64,000 nucleotides of DNA from Longimicrobiales bacterium. Its GTDB lineage: Bacteria; Gemmatimonadota; Gemmatimonadetes; Longimicrobiales; Gaopeijiaceae. The stretch is taken from assembly GCA_963664435.2 (NCBI GenBank), contig CAXXKM010000003.1, positions 1,024,001-1,088,000 of the forward strand, in the 5' to 3' direction. Below the pieces are notes generated by a model. The model saw only the letters and a list, made by a program, of their open reading frames with translations. It had not been told where the DNA came from and did not search any database. Positions within the stretch are counted from its first letter, which is position 1. Each line of letters starts with the position of its first letter. The position numbers were made by a program, and so were the translations under genes. Positions 38,211-48,537 of this stretch are shown here, in pieces.

Positions 38211-40877
38211 TCACGTGCACGGCAACTCGTCCAGCCGCCATCCGGAAGACTGCAGCCGATCGATCAGGTAGGGAACCCCGAATGCATGGGTCCACCCGAA
38301 GACCCGAATGCCGCTCGACAGGGCCCAGTTGGGCATTCGGCCGCCTGCGAAGGGGTCGCTCTCCCTCCCGGGCAGTCGACTCACGGCCTCCATCTGCGCC
38401 ACGAGCTCGCGCTGGGTCGTGTAGCTCCCCAACGGCCGCGCCATCTCGTCGGTGCGCAGATACGCCGCCCGCCGGCACGCTTCCGTCAGGAACTCCTCGC
38501 TGCCGGTCAGGTCGTACCCGACGACGAGCGGGTGGATGCTCGCGAGCCAGGACTCCATGTCGTGATCGAGGGGAGGGGTGGCGAGCAGGCTGCGGGCGTG
38601 CTCGATCTGACCGAGCTCGACCTCCGGGTCATCGACCAGCTGGAGGTACTTGCCCAGCCCGTGGGTGAGGTAGTGCTGGGAGTAGCCGAAGCGGTCGATG
38701 ACCATGCGGCCGGCCTGCGTCTTCTGCAGCTCGAGAACCCGGTTCACGCGGTCCTGGAGTTCCTCGAGATGGATGTCCTCCCTGGTCGCGTCGTAGAGCT
38801 CGGCCAGGTTCCACACCGACAGGTAGAGCCGCCGTCCGGTGAGCCCGTGCTCCCCGAAGACCCGCTTGCGGTAGTAGTCCCCGGTCAGCCGGGCCACCTC
38901 GAGTCCCCGGTGATACCCGCTCAGGTAGTAGCTCGCCAGCCAGCCCGCGATCCAGACGTGGGCCGTGTACAGCGCAACCGCCTGCTGGTTCGTGTGGCGG
39001 CTGCCCATGCCCACATACGGGCTTCCCTCCGGCTCTTCGAGCGACCTCCAGTAGTCCAGCGCGGCGTTGGTGTCACCCCGGTAGGCCGGGCCCGTCGGCC
39101 AGTGCAGGTTGTCCACGTCCATGGTGTGGCGGCTCATGGCCTCGGCCTGGCGGTAGTCGTCCCGGCTGCCCGTCCTCATGAAGTTGAACCACCACTGGAA
39201 GTCCTGCGCCGGCTCGTTGTTGCCCCACTGCACCCAGCCGCCCCCGCGGTAGTAGGTCTTCAGGTCGCCGTAGTCGAACATGCCATACCACGGCGCCCAG
39301 GCCTGGTTGAAGCGCATATAGCGGAACTTGTACTGGAGACCCCGTTCCAGCGCCGGAATCCGGTTGTCGGCGGCCGCGAAGGTGCCGTAGACCCCTGAGT
39401 CCCGGTACCACGCCGGCGGCGCGTGGGCGACGGGCGGATCGAGGACCGCGTGCGCCGCCTCCCTCACGGCCGCAAGGTCGTCGCTGCCGTCGTGGAAGTT
39501 GAGCACCAGCTCGGTCGTCTTGGTGATGCCCCGGGCGAAATTGCCGACCATGCCCCCGTCGGGCTGGCGGCTCGCGCGCTGGAAGCCCTTCGGCGGATGG
39601 TCCGGAGGCCAGGTGTAGGCGTGCATCCGACGCTCCTCCAGATCCACGGCGAGCCCGTTCGGATACTCCTCCAGCATCCCGCGCATGCCGATGCTGATGC
39701 CCCTGTCGCCGTCGGAGAGGTCGATCCATCCCTCGGCGCGCTCGGCCTCTGCGACGACGTGGCCCGCGGCGACGGTGGCCGAGAATCCCCCGATCCGTTC
39801 ATCCGGGCCGGATTCGGGGATGGGCGGGATGCCGTCCGCGTCCGGGCCGGTCTGGAGCACCGAGAACGTGGAGGCGCCCGCGGCGTGCTCCTCCAGAAGG
39901 ATCGGCTCCCCGCGTTCCCACCAACGCCCGCCGCCGAGAGCCGTGCGGAACACCGGATCCCCGTCCAGGCGCCATGCGAGGCCGAGGCCGGCCGACCCGA
40001 TCATGTCGTCGGGCCGGGTGATGCCGGGGTCGCTCGAGCGTGCGTTCTCGTCGACGATCAGCTCTCCCTGGGTGGCCACGTCGCGATGCTGCCGGCCCGC
40101 CAGCGGGGCGCCGCGGTCCGGGTTTCCCGTGTAGGTGATGGTGTGGAAGACCTTCAGGTGCGCTCTTCCCGCATACGCGTGGATGTAGGTGACGAACGGG
40201 GAGGCGGGGTGTTCGGGCCGCTGGTAGCGGTACTCGCCCTCGATCCGCAGGATGGCGTGCATCGGCCCCGAGCCCCTCTCGATGAAGGTCTGGTGGATCA
40301 CGGCCGACGACGCATCCAGTCCGTCCGCGTCCACGAGGTCCAGAAACGATCCCCGCGCTCCGATTCCGTCGGCGATCACGTGCTCGGGCCCGAAGCCGTC
40401 GGCCGCCGGGTTGAACTCGACCCGGTCGATGAACCCGCTTCCGCCCTTCTGTACGCGAATCCGGAGCGGTCCCGTGTCGATCTCCGCGAACCCGTTCTGC
40501 CGCTGATTGTTCACGAACCGGATCGGAGAACCGATGTCCGTGGCGCGCCGTATCTGCGGCCCGTATTCCACCGTGTACCGCCCGGACTCGTCGGTGAAAA
40601 AATCGACCCAGATCCACTTGAGGCTCTCGTCCGCGGGCCACCAGGTGGTCACCGGCGTGATCTGGGACGGGATCTCCTCGCCGGCGCCGTTGCGTATCCG
40701 CACGTTCTCCGTGGAGACCAGCTCGCCCCGCGGAAACGGAATGCCGAACGTGACCGGGGTCCCCGGACGCTCCCCCTCGACCGCGATCGGGATCTGCGCC
40801 GAGAGCAGGGCCGGGACCAGAAAGAGGGTGCTCGCGGCCGCCGCGGCCACGATGACGGAGCGTAGTCTTGCGGTCAT
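38211..40877 (-). CDS. Large exported protein, YetA/PcRGLX (exo-rhamnogalacturonan lyase-like) family; alternative start 40958
   Basis: Signal peptide; PVTFGIPFPRG, W--DESLKW, WYGMFDYGD, WGNNE, HTMDVD; PUL context. Confidence 0.6.
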   Translation of the reverse strand: MTARLRSVIVAAAAASTLFLVPALLSAQIPIAVEGERPGTPVTFGIPFPRGELVSTENVRIRNGAGEEIPSQITPVTTWWPADESLKWIWVDFFTDESGRYTVEYGPQIRRATDIGSPIRFVNNQRQNGFAEIDTGPLRIRVQKGGSGFIDRVEFNPAADGFGPEHVIADGIGARGSFLDLVDADGLDASSAVIHQTFIERGSGPMHAILRIEGEYRYQRPEHPASPFVTYIHAYAGRAHLKVFHTITYTGNPDRGAPLAGRQHRDVATQGELIVDENARSSDPGITRPDDMIGSAGLGLAWRLDGDPVFRTALGGGRWWERGEPILLEEHAAGASTFSVLQTGPDADGIPPIPESGPDERIGGFSATVAAGHVVAEAERAEGWIDLSDGDRGISIGMRGMLEEYPNGLAVDLEERRMHAYTWPPDHPPKGFQRASRQPDGGMVGNFARGITKTTELVLNFHDGSDDLAAVREAAHAVLDPPVAHAPPAWYRDSGVYGTFAAADNRIPALERGLQYKFRYMRFNQAWAPWYGMFDYGDLKTYYRGGGWVQWGNNEPAQDFQWWFNFMRTGSRDDYRQAEAMSRHTMDVDNLHWPTGPAYRGDTNAALDYWRSLEEPEGSPYVGMGSRHTNQQAVALYTAHVWIAGWLASYYLSGYHRGLEVARLTGDYYRKRVFGEHGLTGRRLYLSVWNLAELYDATREDIHLEELQDRVNRVLELQKTQAGRMVIDRFGYSQHYLTHGLGKYLQLVDDPEVELGQIEHARSLLATPPLDHDMESWLASIHPLVVGYDLTGSEEFLTEACRRAAYLRTDEMARPLGSYTTQRELVAQMEAVSRLPGRESDPFAGGRMPNWALSSGIRVFGWTHAFGVPYLIDRLQSSGWRLDELPCT

Positions 40878-40984
40878 TTCTTCACTCCCTGCGCCATTCC
40901 GGTACCGGCAGCGCGCGCGGTTGTCGTCGCCATCGGCCGAATGTGTGATACAGTGCATATCGCAACCTCCCTCGCGCCCGGCCT

Positions 40985-41809
40985 TTACAGGCGGGCGGCC
41001 GAGGCGGCGTCCACGAGCAGGGTGGCGTTTTCGTGTCGGCGCAGTATCGACGCGGGACACGCGGTCACGACCGGGCCGTTGAGCGCGTCGTGCACGGCAT
41101 CCGCTTTGCGCTCCCCCGGCACCACGCAGCTGACGACCCGGCTGTTCATGATGGCCGGCACCGTGAGCGTGAGCGCGCGTCGCGGCGTCTCTGCGAACGA
41201 GGAGAACCAGCCGTCGTGGACCTGCTGCAGGCGGCAGCCATCGTCGAGCTCGACCTCCTTCACCAGGAACGGGTCGTCGAAATCGGCCACGGGCGGGTCG
41301 TTGAAGGCGATGTGCCCGTTCTCGCCGATGCCGATGCAGGCCACGTCCAGCGGGTGGGCCCGCAGGAGCGACCGGTAGCGCTCGACCTCCCCGTCCAGGT
41401 CGTCGGCATCGCCCTGCAGAAGATGGACGCGGCCCGGGCGCACGGCGTCCAGGACGTGCTCTCTCAGGAACCTGCGGAAGCTCGCCGGATGATCCGGCGG
41501 GAGCTCCGTGTACTCGTCCAGATGGAAGACGGTGACCCTGGCCCAGTCGATCGCCCTGCGCCGGAGCGCCTCGAGAAACGACAACTGCGACACCGCCGCG
41601 GCAAACACCAGGTTGGCCGCTCCTCTGCTCGCGACCGCGGCGGCCAGGTGCCTCTCGACCTGCGCGGCGGCAGCCTCCCCTACGCCCTCGGGCGTGCCGT
41701 ACACCTCGACCCGGAGCTCGTCCCTGCGGAACGACCGGACGGGCCGGGCCGCGGCCACGCGCGCCGGAGCGTCATGCCCCGCCATCGAGCGTCCGGTTCG
41801 CGCCGTCAT
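40985..41809 (-). CDS. Glucosamine-6-phosphate deaminase-like (NagB/6PGL family)
   Basis: FHLDEY, HPASFR, CIGIGENGHIAFNDPPVADF, CPASILRRH. Confidence 0.85.
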   Translation of the reverse strand: MTARTGRSMAGHDAPARVAAARPVRSFRRDELRVEVYGTPEGVGEAAAAQVERHLAAAVASRGAANLVFAAAVSQLSFLEALRRRAIDWARVTVFHLDEYTELPPDHPASFRRFLREHVLDAVRPGRVHLLQGDADDLDGEVERYRSLLRAHPLDVACIGIGENGHIAFNDPPVADFDDPFLVKEVELDDGCRLQQVHDGWFSSFAETPRRALTLTVPAIMNSRVVSCVVPGERKADAVHDALNGPVVTACPASILRRHENATLLVDAASAARL

Positions 41810-43074
41810 CCCAGGAGTCCCGTGACGGCGAACCAGGTCGTGACCAGCGAGAACAGGATCACGGCGATCAGCCCCGCGTTCCATCCGGGCGTGGCCAGGT
41901 GCTCCTCCCCCATCACCGCCTTCCGGTTCAGCAGGTAGAACGCGGGAATGGCCACCGCGGGCAGGATGGCCGCCTGCAGCGCCATGGCGATCACCATGAG
42001 CACCGGCGGCGTCTGGTCCAGGAACACCGAACCGAAGGAAAACAGGAGCCCCAACCCGATCAGCAACCTCGACGACCGTGAGCGCAGATCCCGCTTCCAG
42101 CCCGCGTAGTCGGCGATCAGCCAGGGCGCGATCAGCACCAGTGGAAAGACCGTGGACAGCCCCGCCCCGGAGATCCCCACGATGAGGAGGAAGGCCGCGA
42201 GGTCGCCCCCGATCGGCTCCAGCAGCCCGATCATCTCCAGGGTCGACTCCATCGTCATGCCATGCACGAACAGCGTGCCGGCCGCCACCGCCATGACCAT
42301 CGCGCTCAGAAAGACCATCACCGACGCCGACACCAGCGCATCGCGCTTCTCGCGGCTCAGGTCGGCCGCGGTCCACCCCTTCTCGGCCACCACCGTGCTC
42401 CGCACGATGAAGACCGCCGCCGAACAGGTCGTGCCGGCCATGGCAGCCACCAGGCGGCTGGCGTCCGGCGTGTCCGGAATGGAGGGGACCATGCCCGCCA
42501 CCACGGCCGAGTAGCTGGGCGACACCATGAAGAAAACCGCGACGAAGCAGAAGACCATCAGGATGACGAAGGTGGTGAGCACCCTCTCGAAGAGCCGGTA
42601 GTGGCCGAACCACAGCAGAAGGAAGATCCCGCTGGCGACCGTCAGGACGATCCAGAAGGTCGGGATCACCAGACCCCCCGCCGGCGAGGCGAGCCGGATC
42701 CCTTCCTGGATCAGCTCCGCCACGATCCCCATCACCCCCGTGAGCGCCACCAGCTCGCCCAGGACCAGCGCGATCAGCACGTACAGCGCCAGGACCTTCC
42801 CGATGCCGGGGATGCCGGCCCTGAAGCTCTGCAGCGCGGTCCGGCCGGTGACCAGCGTCAGGCGGCCGAACGCGACCATCAGCACATAGGTGAAGATCCC
42901 CGACAGCACGAGCGCCCACAGCAGGTTCATGCCGTAGCGGGCGCCCGCCATCCCCATGGTGGTGATGCTGCCCGTGCCGATGTTGTACCCGATCAGGAAG
43001 AGCCCCGGCCCCACTGTACTCAGTGCGACCAGGGCCTTCCCCGACAGCGACCGGGTTCCGGCGGGCCGATTCAC
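41806..43074 (-). CDS. Nramp-superfamily membrane transporter with an atypical motif
   Basis: GPGLFLIGYNIGTGSITT, G--YG--LLWAL; about 11 TM segments. Confidence 0.8.
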   Translation of the reverse strand: MNRPAGTRSLSGKALVALSTVGPGLFLIGYNIGTGSITTMGMAGARYGMNLLWALVLSGIFTYVLMVAFGRLTLVTGRTALQSFRAGIPGIGKVLALYVLIALVLGELVALTGVMGIVAELIQEGIRLASPAGGLVIPTFWIVLTVASGIFLLLWFGHYRLFERVLTTFVILMVFCFVAVFFMVSPSYSAVVAGMVPSIPDTPDASRLVAAMAGTTCSAAVFIVRSTVVAEKGWTAADLSREKRDALVSASVMVFLSAMVMAVAAGTLFVHGMTMESTLEMIGLLEPIGGDLAAFLLIVGISGAGLSTVFPLVLIAPWLIADYAGWKRDLRSRSSRLLIGLGLLFSFGSVFLDQTPPVLMVIAMALQAAILPAVAIPAFYLLNRKAVMGEEHLATPGWNAGLIAVILFSLVTTWFAVTGLLG

Positions 43075-43141
43075 GGCCTGCTTCCGCTCACGAGCCTTGC
43101 CGCGCGGCCATGCGCGTCAGTGTCTGTTCACCCGGCCCGTA

Positions 43142-44575
43142 TCAACCCGGGTTCTGCACCATTTCCCCCGGCGACACGTCGATCTCCCGCTGCGGAATCG
43201 GATAGACCAGCCGAATGTCCCCCGCCGAGAGGCCGGCCGCCCTCAGGGGCTCGAAGTCCGACATCACCTGCTGCGCCACCCCGAGGCGCAGCAGATCGGC
43301 CCAGCGCTTGCCCTCGGTGATGAACTCCAGTTGCCGTTCGAACAGGAGCTTCTCCTGGAACGTCCCCGACGTACCGGCGTCGATAGGCGACGCTCCGGCC
43401 CGCGCGCGCACCTGGTTGATCAGCCCGTACGCCTCGCCGCCCTCGCCGAGCGCTTCGGCCAGCATCAGCAGCACGTCCGCATAGCGGAAGACGGGGAAGT
43501 TGTTGTCCGCGTCGGCCGGGCCGAAGGGGATGCTCTCCCACTTCTTCACGTAGACGTTGCCTTCCTCCGAGAGGGCGAAGGTGCCGCCCATGCCGCGCGC
43601 GTCCTCCTCCGCCATCATGTGCTGCATCGAGTGGATCTGGTCGATGCCCGGCGACAGGACCTGGGGCGCATTGCCGGCGCCGACTCCGCCGGATCCGCCG
43701 AACGGGGTGTAGTAGTCGGTGAACTGGCTTCCGGTCCCGGTGCCCCCCGCCTTGTACTGGAGCTCGAAGACGGACTCGGCGTTGTTCTCGTTGGCCACGC
43801 CCCAGAGGTCGGCGTAGTTCGGCACCAGCGAATACTGGCCCGAACTCACCACGCGGCGCAGGGCCTCCGCCGCCTGGGCGGATTGGCCGTTGGTCAGATA
43901 AACCAGACCCAGCAGGGTGTTGGCGGCGCCGCTGGTGGCACGCCCGACATCCGCCCCGCTGTAGGACGCCGGGAGCATCCCCTGCGCGGTCTCGAGGTCC
44001 CCGGCGATCTGCGCGTAGATCACGTCCGCGCCGACCTGGTTCACCTCGACGTTGGGCGAGGTCACCGCCTCGACCTGCAGCGGCACGTTCCCCCAGAGGA
44101 CCGCGAGGTGGTAGTAGAAGAGCGAGCGGATGAAGAGGGCTTCACCCGAGATGCGGTTGGCGACGTTCTGATCCTCGAGGTTGCCCACCCGGTCGAGGAT
44201 GAGGTTCGTCCTGGCGATGCCCTGATAGGCAGTCGTCCAGGGAATGGACAGCTCCTCCTGGGTCGACAGCTCGCTGAAGTGCGCGATCCGATGGTAGACC
44301 TCCGCGAGTCCTGTCGCGCCGCCCCCGTTCATCGTGTTGTCGGAGCGCATCTCGTGGAGGAGGACGTAGGACCGGTTGTAGGCGCCGTTGCTCGCCAGGG
44401 TGGCGTAGGCGCCGTTGATGGCCACGTCGAAGTCGGTTGGCGTCTGGTAGAAGTTCTCCACGTTCCGCTCCGAAATCGGACTCAGGAGCGTGAAGTCCTC
44501 GCTGCAGGATGCGAGGAGGAAGACCACCGGGAGAGTCATTATGGCTCGTGTTCTCAGCTTCATCTTGATCTCCAT
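43142..44575 (-). CDS. SusD/RagB family lipoprotein
   Basis: Lipobox LASC; GEALFIRSLFYYHL, RYADVLLMLAEA, INQVRARAG, ERQLEF--EG-RW-DL-R, YPIP. Confidence 0.93.
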   Translation of the reverse strand: MEIKMKLRTRAIMTLPVVFLLASCSEDFTLLSPISERNVENFYQTPTDFDVAINGAYATLASNGAYNRSYVLLHEMRSDNTMNGGGATGLAEVYHRIAHFSELSTQEELSIPWTTAYQGIARTNLILDRVGNLEDQNVANRISGEALFIRSLFYYHLAVLWGNVPLQVEAVTSPNVEVNQVGADVIYAQIAGDLETAQGMLPASYSGADVGRATSGAANTLLGLVYLTNGQSAQAAEALRRVVSSGQYSLVPNYADLWGVANENNAESVFELQYKAGGTGTGSQFTDYYTPFGGSGGVGAGNAPQVLSPGIDQIHSMQHMMAEEDARGMGGTFALSEEGNVYVKKWESIPFGPADADNNFPVFRYADVLLMLAEALGEGGEAYGLINQVRARAGASPIDAGTSGTFQEKLLFERQLEFITEGKRWADLLRLGVAQQVMSDFEPLRAAGLSAGDIRLVYPIPQREIDVSPGEMVQNPG

Positions 44576-44578
44576 TGG

Positions 44579-47500
44579 CTAGAATCCGATTTCGGCGCCG
44601 AACTGGAACGCCCGCATCAGCGGATACGCCCCGTAGTCCTGCCCCGGCGTCAGTCCGGTCGACTGGACGCTCGCTTCCGGGTTCCAGCCCCAGTAGTCCG
44701 TCCATATGTGCACGTTGTTCACGGCGCCGAAGACCCGCAGGCTGCCCGGCGCCCCGCCGAAGATCCCGCCCACGAGATCGGGCGGCACGTTCCACGAGAG
44801 CGTGATGCTCTTGAAGCTCGTGTAGGAGCCGTCCTCCATCTGGTAGTTGGAGGGGCGCGTGTTGCCGCCGTGGTCCTGGCGGTCGGGCTTGTGGTCCCAG
44901 CCGTTGCCCGGGTTCTCCGGCGTCCAGTAGTTGCCCACCAGGTTGCCGTACCCGTTGAAGTTGCCCTGTGCCGTCAGGTGGCGGCGGGTGAGGTTCAGGA
45001 CCTCGCGGCCGACCACGCCCTGGAAGAAGACGCTCAACTCCACATTCCCCACGGCGAAGCGGTTGAACAGGCCCCAGGTCATGTCGGGATTGTAGCTGCC
45101 GAGCTCGGTGCGGTCGTCGGCGGTGATGCGCCCGTCACCATTGACGTCCTTCCACTTGATGTCCCCGGGCGTGACGTTCCTCGAGTCGGTGGGGCTCGAG
45201 GCGATGTCCGCCTCGCTCTGGTAGATGCCGTCGTGCACGTATCCGTAGTAGGCGCCGATCTCGCCCCCGACCTGGGTGATGTGCCGGACGCCCGCGACGC
45301 CCGCGGCCAGGATCGGATCCCCCTCCGGGCCGAGCCTCACCACCTCGTTGGAGTTCATGCCCAGGCTCAGGTCCGTGGACCACTGGAAGCCTCCGACCAG
45401 GTTCCGCGAGGTGATCTGCGCCTCGAAGCCCGTGTTGCGAACCTCGCCGACGTTGGTCAGGACGGTGGCGAAGCCCGTCGAGGAGGGCACGTTCACGTTC
45501 AGGAGCAGGTCCTCGGTGTTGCTGACGTAATAGTCGAAGGCGCCGTAGATTCGGTCCGCCATGATCCCGAAGTCCACGCCGACGTTGAGCTGCCGCGTGG
45601 TCTCCCAGGTGAGCTCGCGGTTCCCCAGCGTCCGCGGAGTGGCTCCGGCGACCACGGCGTCGCCCAGAACGTAGGGCTGGCGTCCGACCAGGCCGATCGA
45701 GCCGTAGTTGGGGATCTGGAAGTTCCCGGTGACGCCGTAGCTGACGCGCGGCTTCAGCTGGCTGAAGAGGGTGCTCCCGCGCATGAACGGTTCCTCGGTC
45801 ACCTGCCATCCGAGGGACAGTGAGGGGAAGTAGCCGGTCTGATTCCCCCACCCGAAGCGCGACGAGCGGTCGGACCGGAAGGTCGCGGTCGCCAGATACC
45901 TGTTCAGGAGGGTGTAGTTGACCCGCCCCAGCGCGGAAACCAGGGACCACTCCGACTGTACCTGGTCTCCACCCGTGATCTCGCCGCCGTTGATCGTCCT
46001 CACCTGATCGTCGGGGAAATTCCGGGCGATCACGTCCTGTGTGTCGTCGAATTGACGCTCGGCGGTATACCCGGCCAGCACGTTGAAGCTGTGCGCGCCG
46101 GACGACCTGTTCCAGTTGAGGGTGTTCTCGAGCAGCCAGTTGCGGCTCGCGCCCGAGAGAGCCTGCGCGTACGGATCGGGGACGTTCCGCCCGCGGTACT
46201 GCAGGCGCGTTCCCTGGTAGAAGTGCCGGTTTCTCGTGTCGTAGTCGTAGCCGAAGAGCGCCCGGTAGCGGAGGTCGTCCCGCAGGTCCAGGTCGGCCGA
46301 CACGCTTCCGAACACGCGGCCCGTCTGCATTTTGTCGTCGATGTAGTCCCGGGCGGCCAGGGCGTGGTTGGTGCTGGTCATCCCGTTGCCCAGCGCGTTG
46401 ATGCTGTTCTCGCCCCGCTGCAGGTAGTTGCCGTCGCTGTCATAGATGCGGGCGAGGGGAGACGACACCATGGCCGAGTAGATGAGGCCCGGCGGCCTGC
46501 CGAAGTAGGGCGCATTGGCCGCCTTGCGGTCGTGGTCGGCGTAGGCCGAATTGACGTCCACGTTGAGCTGAAGCCGGTCGGAGGGATCCAGGGTCAGATT
46601 CGCCCGCAGGGCAAGCCGCTGGAAGCTGGAGCCCTTGATGACCCCCGACTGGTCCATGTAGGAACCGGAGACGAAATAGGCGAGGTTCTCCGAGCCTCCC
46701 CGGATCGACGCGTCGTAATTCTGCAGGACGGCCTCGTCCAGGATGGCGCCGATCCAGTCGCTGTCGGTGCCGTCCCAGTTCACGTAAGCCTCCGGGATCA
46801 ACTGCGATCCGCTCGCGCCGTTCTCGGCGCGGCCGGCGTTGTTGTCCGGATTGTAGAGCGGGTTGTAGTTGGGGCTCGCCGGATTGGTGGGATCCCGGCC
46901 CTGGAGGTAGGCGTTGTTGCGGGCAGCCTTGACGTAGTCGATGTTCTCGGCAGCAGTCATCAGACGGGGCCGATGGAACGCCGTCTGCAGACCGCCGTAT
47001 GCCCGGAAGCTCACCTGCGCCGGCGCGCCGCGTTGACCCCGCTTCGTGGTGATCAGAATGACGCCGTTGGAGCCACGCGAGCCGTAGATGGCCGCGGCTG
47101 CCGCGTCCTTCAGGACCTCGATGGTTTCAATATCGTTGGGGTTGAGGTTGGCCAGCGGGTTGGCGCGCGTCCCGCCGAAACTGGCCCTCTGCAGACTCAC
47201 GTCGCCCTCGATTGCCAGGTTCATGGAGTACGGCACCCCGTCGATCACGTACAGGGGCTCGGTGCCCGCCGAAATCGAGCCCCGGCCCCGGACCAGGACC
47301 TGCGGGGCCGCTCCCGGCTCCCCGGACGACTCGGCCACGTTGACCCCGGCCAGCCGCCCCTGAAGCGCGGTCTGGAGGTTCGGCGTCACGGACGCCTGGG
47401 CGATTTCGATGCCCGGAACCGAGGTCACCGCGCCCGTCACTTCCCTGCGCAGCTGGGTGCCGTACCCGACGACCACCAGTTCGTCCAGGCCGAGTACGGT

Positions 47501-47809
47501 CCCGGCAAGGGTCACGTCCTGCACCACCGCCTCTCCCTCGGTGACCGTGATGTCCCGGCGCTCGGTCTCAAAGCCGAGGTACTGGAAAAGGACGACCTGC
47601 GGCCCGGAGGGGACGTTGATCAGGAGGTAGCGGCCCTCTTCGTTGGTAAGGCCCCCGATGCCCGTTCCTTCGATGGACACCTGTACCGTGGCGAGCGGTT
47701 CGCCCGACTCGGCGGAGGTGACGGTGCCGGTGACCTGAGCCTGCAGCGGCAGCGCCATCCCCGCCACGCCGGCGAGCAGACCGATCAGGATTTGTAGGTT
47801 TCTTCGCAT
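44579..47809 (-). CDS. SusC/RagA TonB-dependent outer membrane receptor
   Basis: LDELVVVGYG, LQGRLAGV, IEVLKDAAAAAIYGSRGSNGVILITTK, LTWETT, terminal Phe. Confidence 0.95.
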   Translation of the reverse strand: MRRNLQILIGLLAGVAGMALPLQAQVTGTVTSAESGEPLATVQVSIEGTGIGGLTNEEGRYLLINVPSGPQVVLFQYLGFETERRDITVTEGEAVVQDVTLAGTVLGLDELVVVGYGTQLRREVTGAVTSVPGIEIAQASVTPNLQTALQGRLAGVNVAESSGEPGAAPQVLVRGRGSISAGTEPLYVIDGVPYSMNLAIEGDVSLQRASFGGTRANPLANLNPNDIETIEVLKDAAAAAIYGSRGSNGVILITTKRGQRGAPAQVSFRAYGGLQTAFHRPRLMTAAENIDYVKAARNNAYLQGRDPTNPASPNYNPLYNPDNNAGRAENGASGSQLIPEAYVNWDGTDSDWIGAILDEAVLQNYDASIRGGSENLAYFVSGSYMDQSGVIKGSSFQRLALRANLTLDPSDRLQLNVDVNSAYADHDRKAANAPYFGRPPGLIYSAMVSSPLARIYDSDGNYLQRGENSINALGNGMTSTNHALAARDYIDDKMQTGRVFGSVSADLDLRDDLRYRALFGYDYDTRNRHFYQGTRLQYRGRNVPDPYAQALSGASRNWLLENTLNWNRSSGAHSFNVLAGYTAERQFDDTQDVIARNFPDDQVRTINGGEITGGDQVQSEWSLVSALGRVNYTLLNRYLATATFRSDRSSRFGWGNQTGYFPSLSLGWQVTEEPFMRGSTLFSQLKPRVSYGVTGNFQIPNYGSIGLVGRQPYVLGDAVVAGATPRTLGNRELTWETTRQLNVGVDFGIMADRIYGAFDYYVSNTEDLLLNVNVPSSTGFATVLTNVGEVRNTGFEAQITSRNLVGGFQWSTDLSLGMNSNEVVRLGPEGDPILAAGVAGVRHITQVGGEIGAYYGYVHDGIYQSEADIASSPTDSRNVTPGDIKWKDVNGDGRITADDRTELGSYNPDMTWGLFNRFAVGNVELSVFFQGVVGREVLNLTRRHLTAQGNFNGYGNLVGNYWTPENPGNGWDHKPDRQDHGGNTRPSNYQMEDGSYTSFKSITLSWNVPPDLVGGIFGGAPGSLRVFGAVNNVHIWTDYWGWNPEASVQSTGLTPGQDYGAYPLMRAFQFGAEIGF

Positions 47810-47963
47810 AGTGCCTCCAGGGAGAGGAGAGTTGTGCAGGCCACGGCGGGACCAGGCACGTGCAGCCCGATGAAGGGAAGACGGCACGCGCAGACCGACC
47901 GTCGCGGCGTCTGTGGGAACGTATTGCACGAACGCAAGAAACGCACCAGCAGGGGGCGCCAGG

Positions 47964-48500
47964 CTACGATCCGGGTGCCCGCTTCGTCGTGATCAGGATC
48001 ACGCCGTTCGCGCCGCGGCTGCCGTAGATGGCGGTGGCCCCGGCATCCTTGAGGACGTCGATGCGCACGATGTCCTGCGGGCTGATGGCCATGAGCGCGG
48101 AACTCGCCGGCGTCATGACGGGCCGGCCATCGATCACGAAGAGCGGCTCCCCGCCTCCCATGAACGACGAAGCGCCGCGAACCCGGATCGAGACTTCGCC
48201 GTTCCCCAGGCGCCGGACGTACACGCCCGGAAGGCGCCCCTCGATGAGGTCCAGGATGCTCGTCACCTCGCGTCCCGCGTCCTCGGCCCGGACCGAGGAC
48301 ACCGCGCCGGTGATCTCGTCGGCCGCCTGCGTACCGTAGCCCACGCGCACCTCGTCGTCGGAGGCTTCCTCGCGGACGGAGTTGCCGGCGGGAGGGTCGG
48401 AGTCGATGGCCGGCGTCGTCGCGCAGCCCGTCGTGGAGGCGGCCGCCATCAGCAGGACGCAGGCTCCGCGCAAGCGGCGGAACGCGGTTGGCGTACTCAT
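47964..48500 (-). CDS. Stand-alone TonB-receptor plug-domain lipoprotein
   Basis: Lipobox TTGC; VGYGTQ, TGAVSSV, PLFVIDG, IDVLKDAGATAIYGSRGANGVILITTK; no barrel. Confidence 0.85.
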   Translation of the reverse strand: MSTPTAFRRLRGACVLLMAAASTTGCATTPAIDSDPPAGNSVREEASDDEVRVGYGTQAADEITGAVSSVRAEDAGREVTSILDLIEGRLPGVYVRRLGNGEVSIRVRGASSFMGGGEPLFVIDGRPVMTPASSALMAISPQDIVRIDVLKDAGATAIYGSRGANGVILITTKRAPGS

Positions 48501-48537
48501 ACTGCACCCTCCTTCCCGGGAACCACGACGCCCGATG

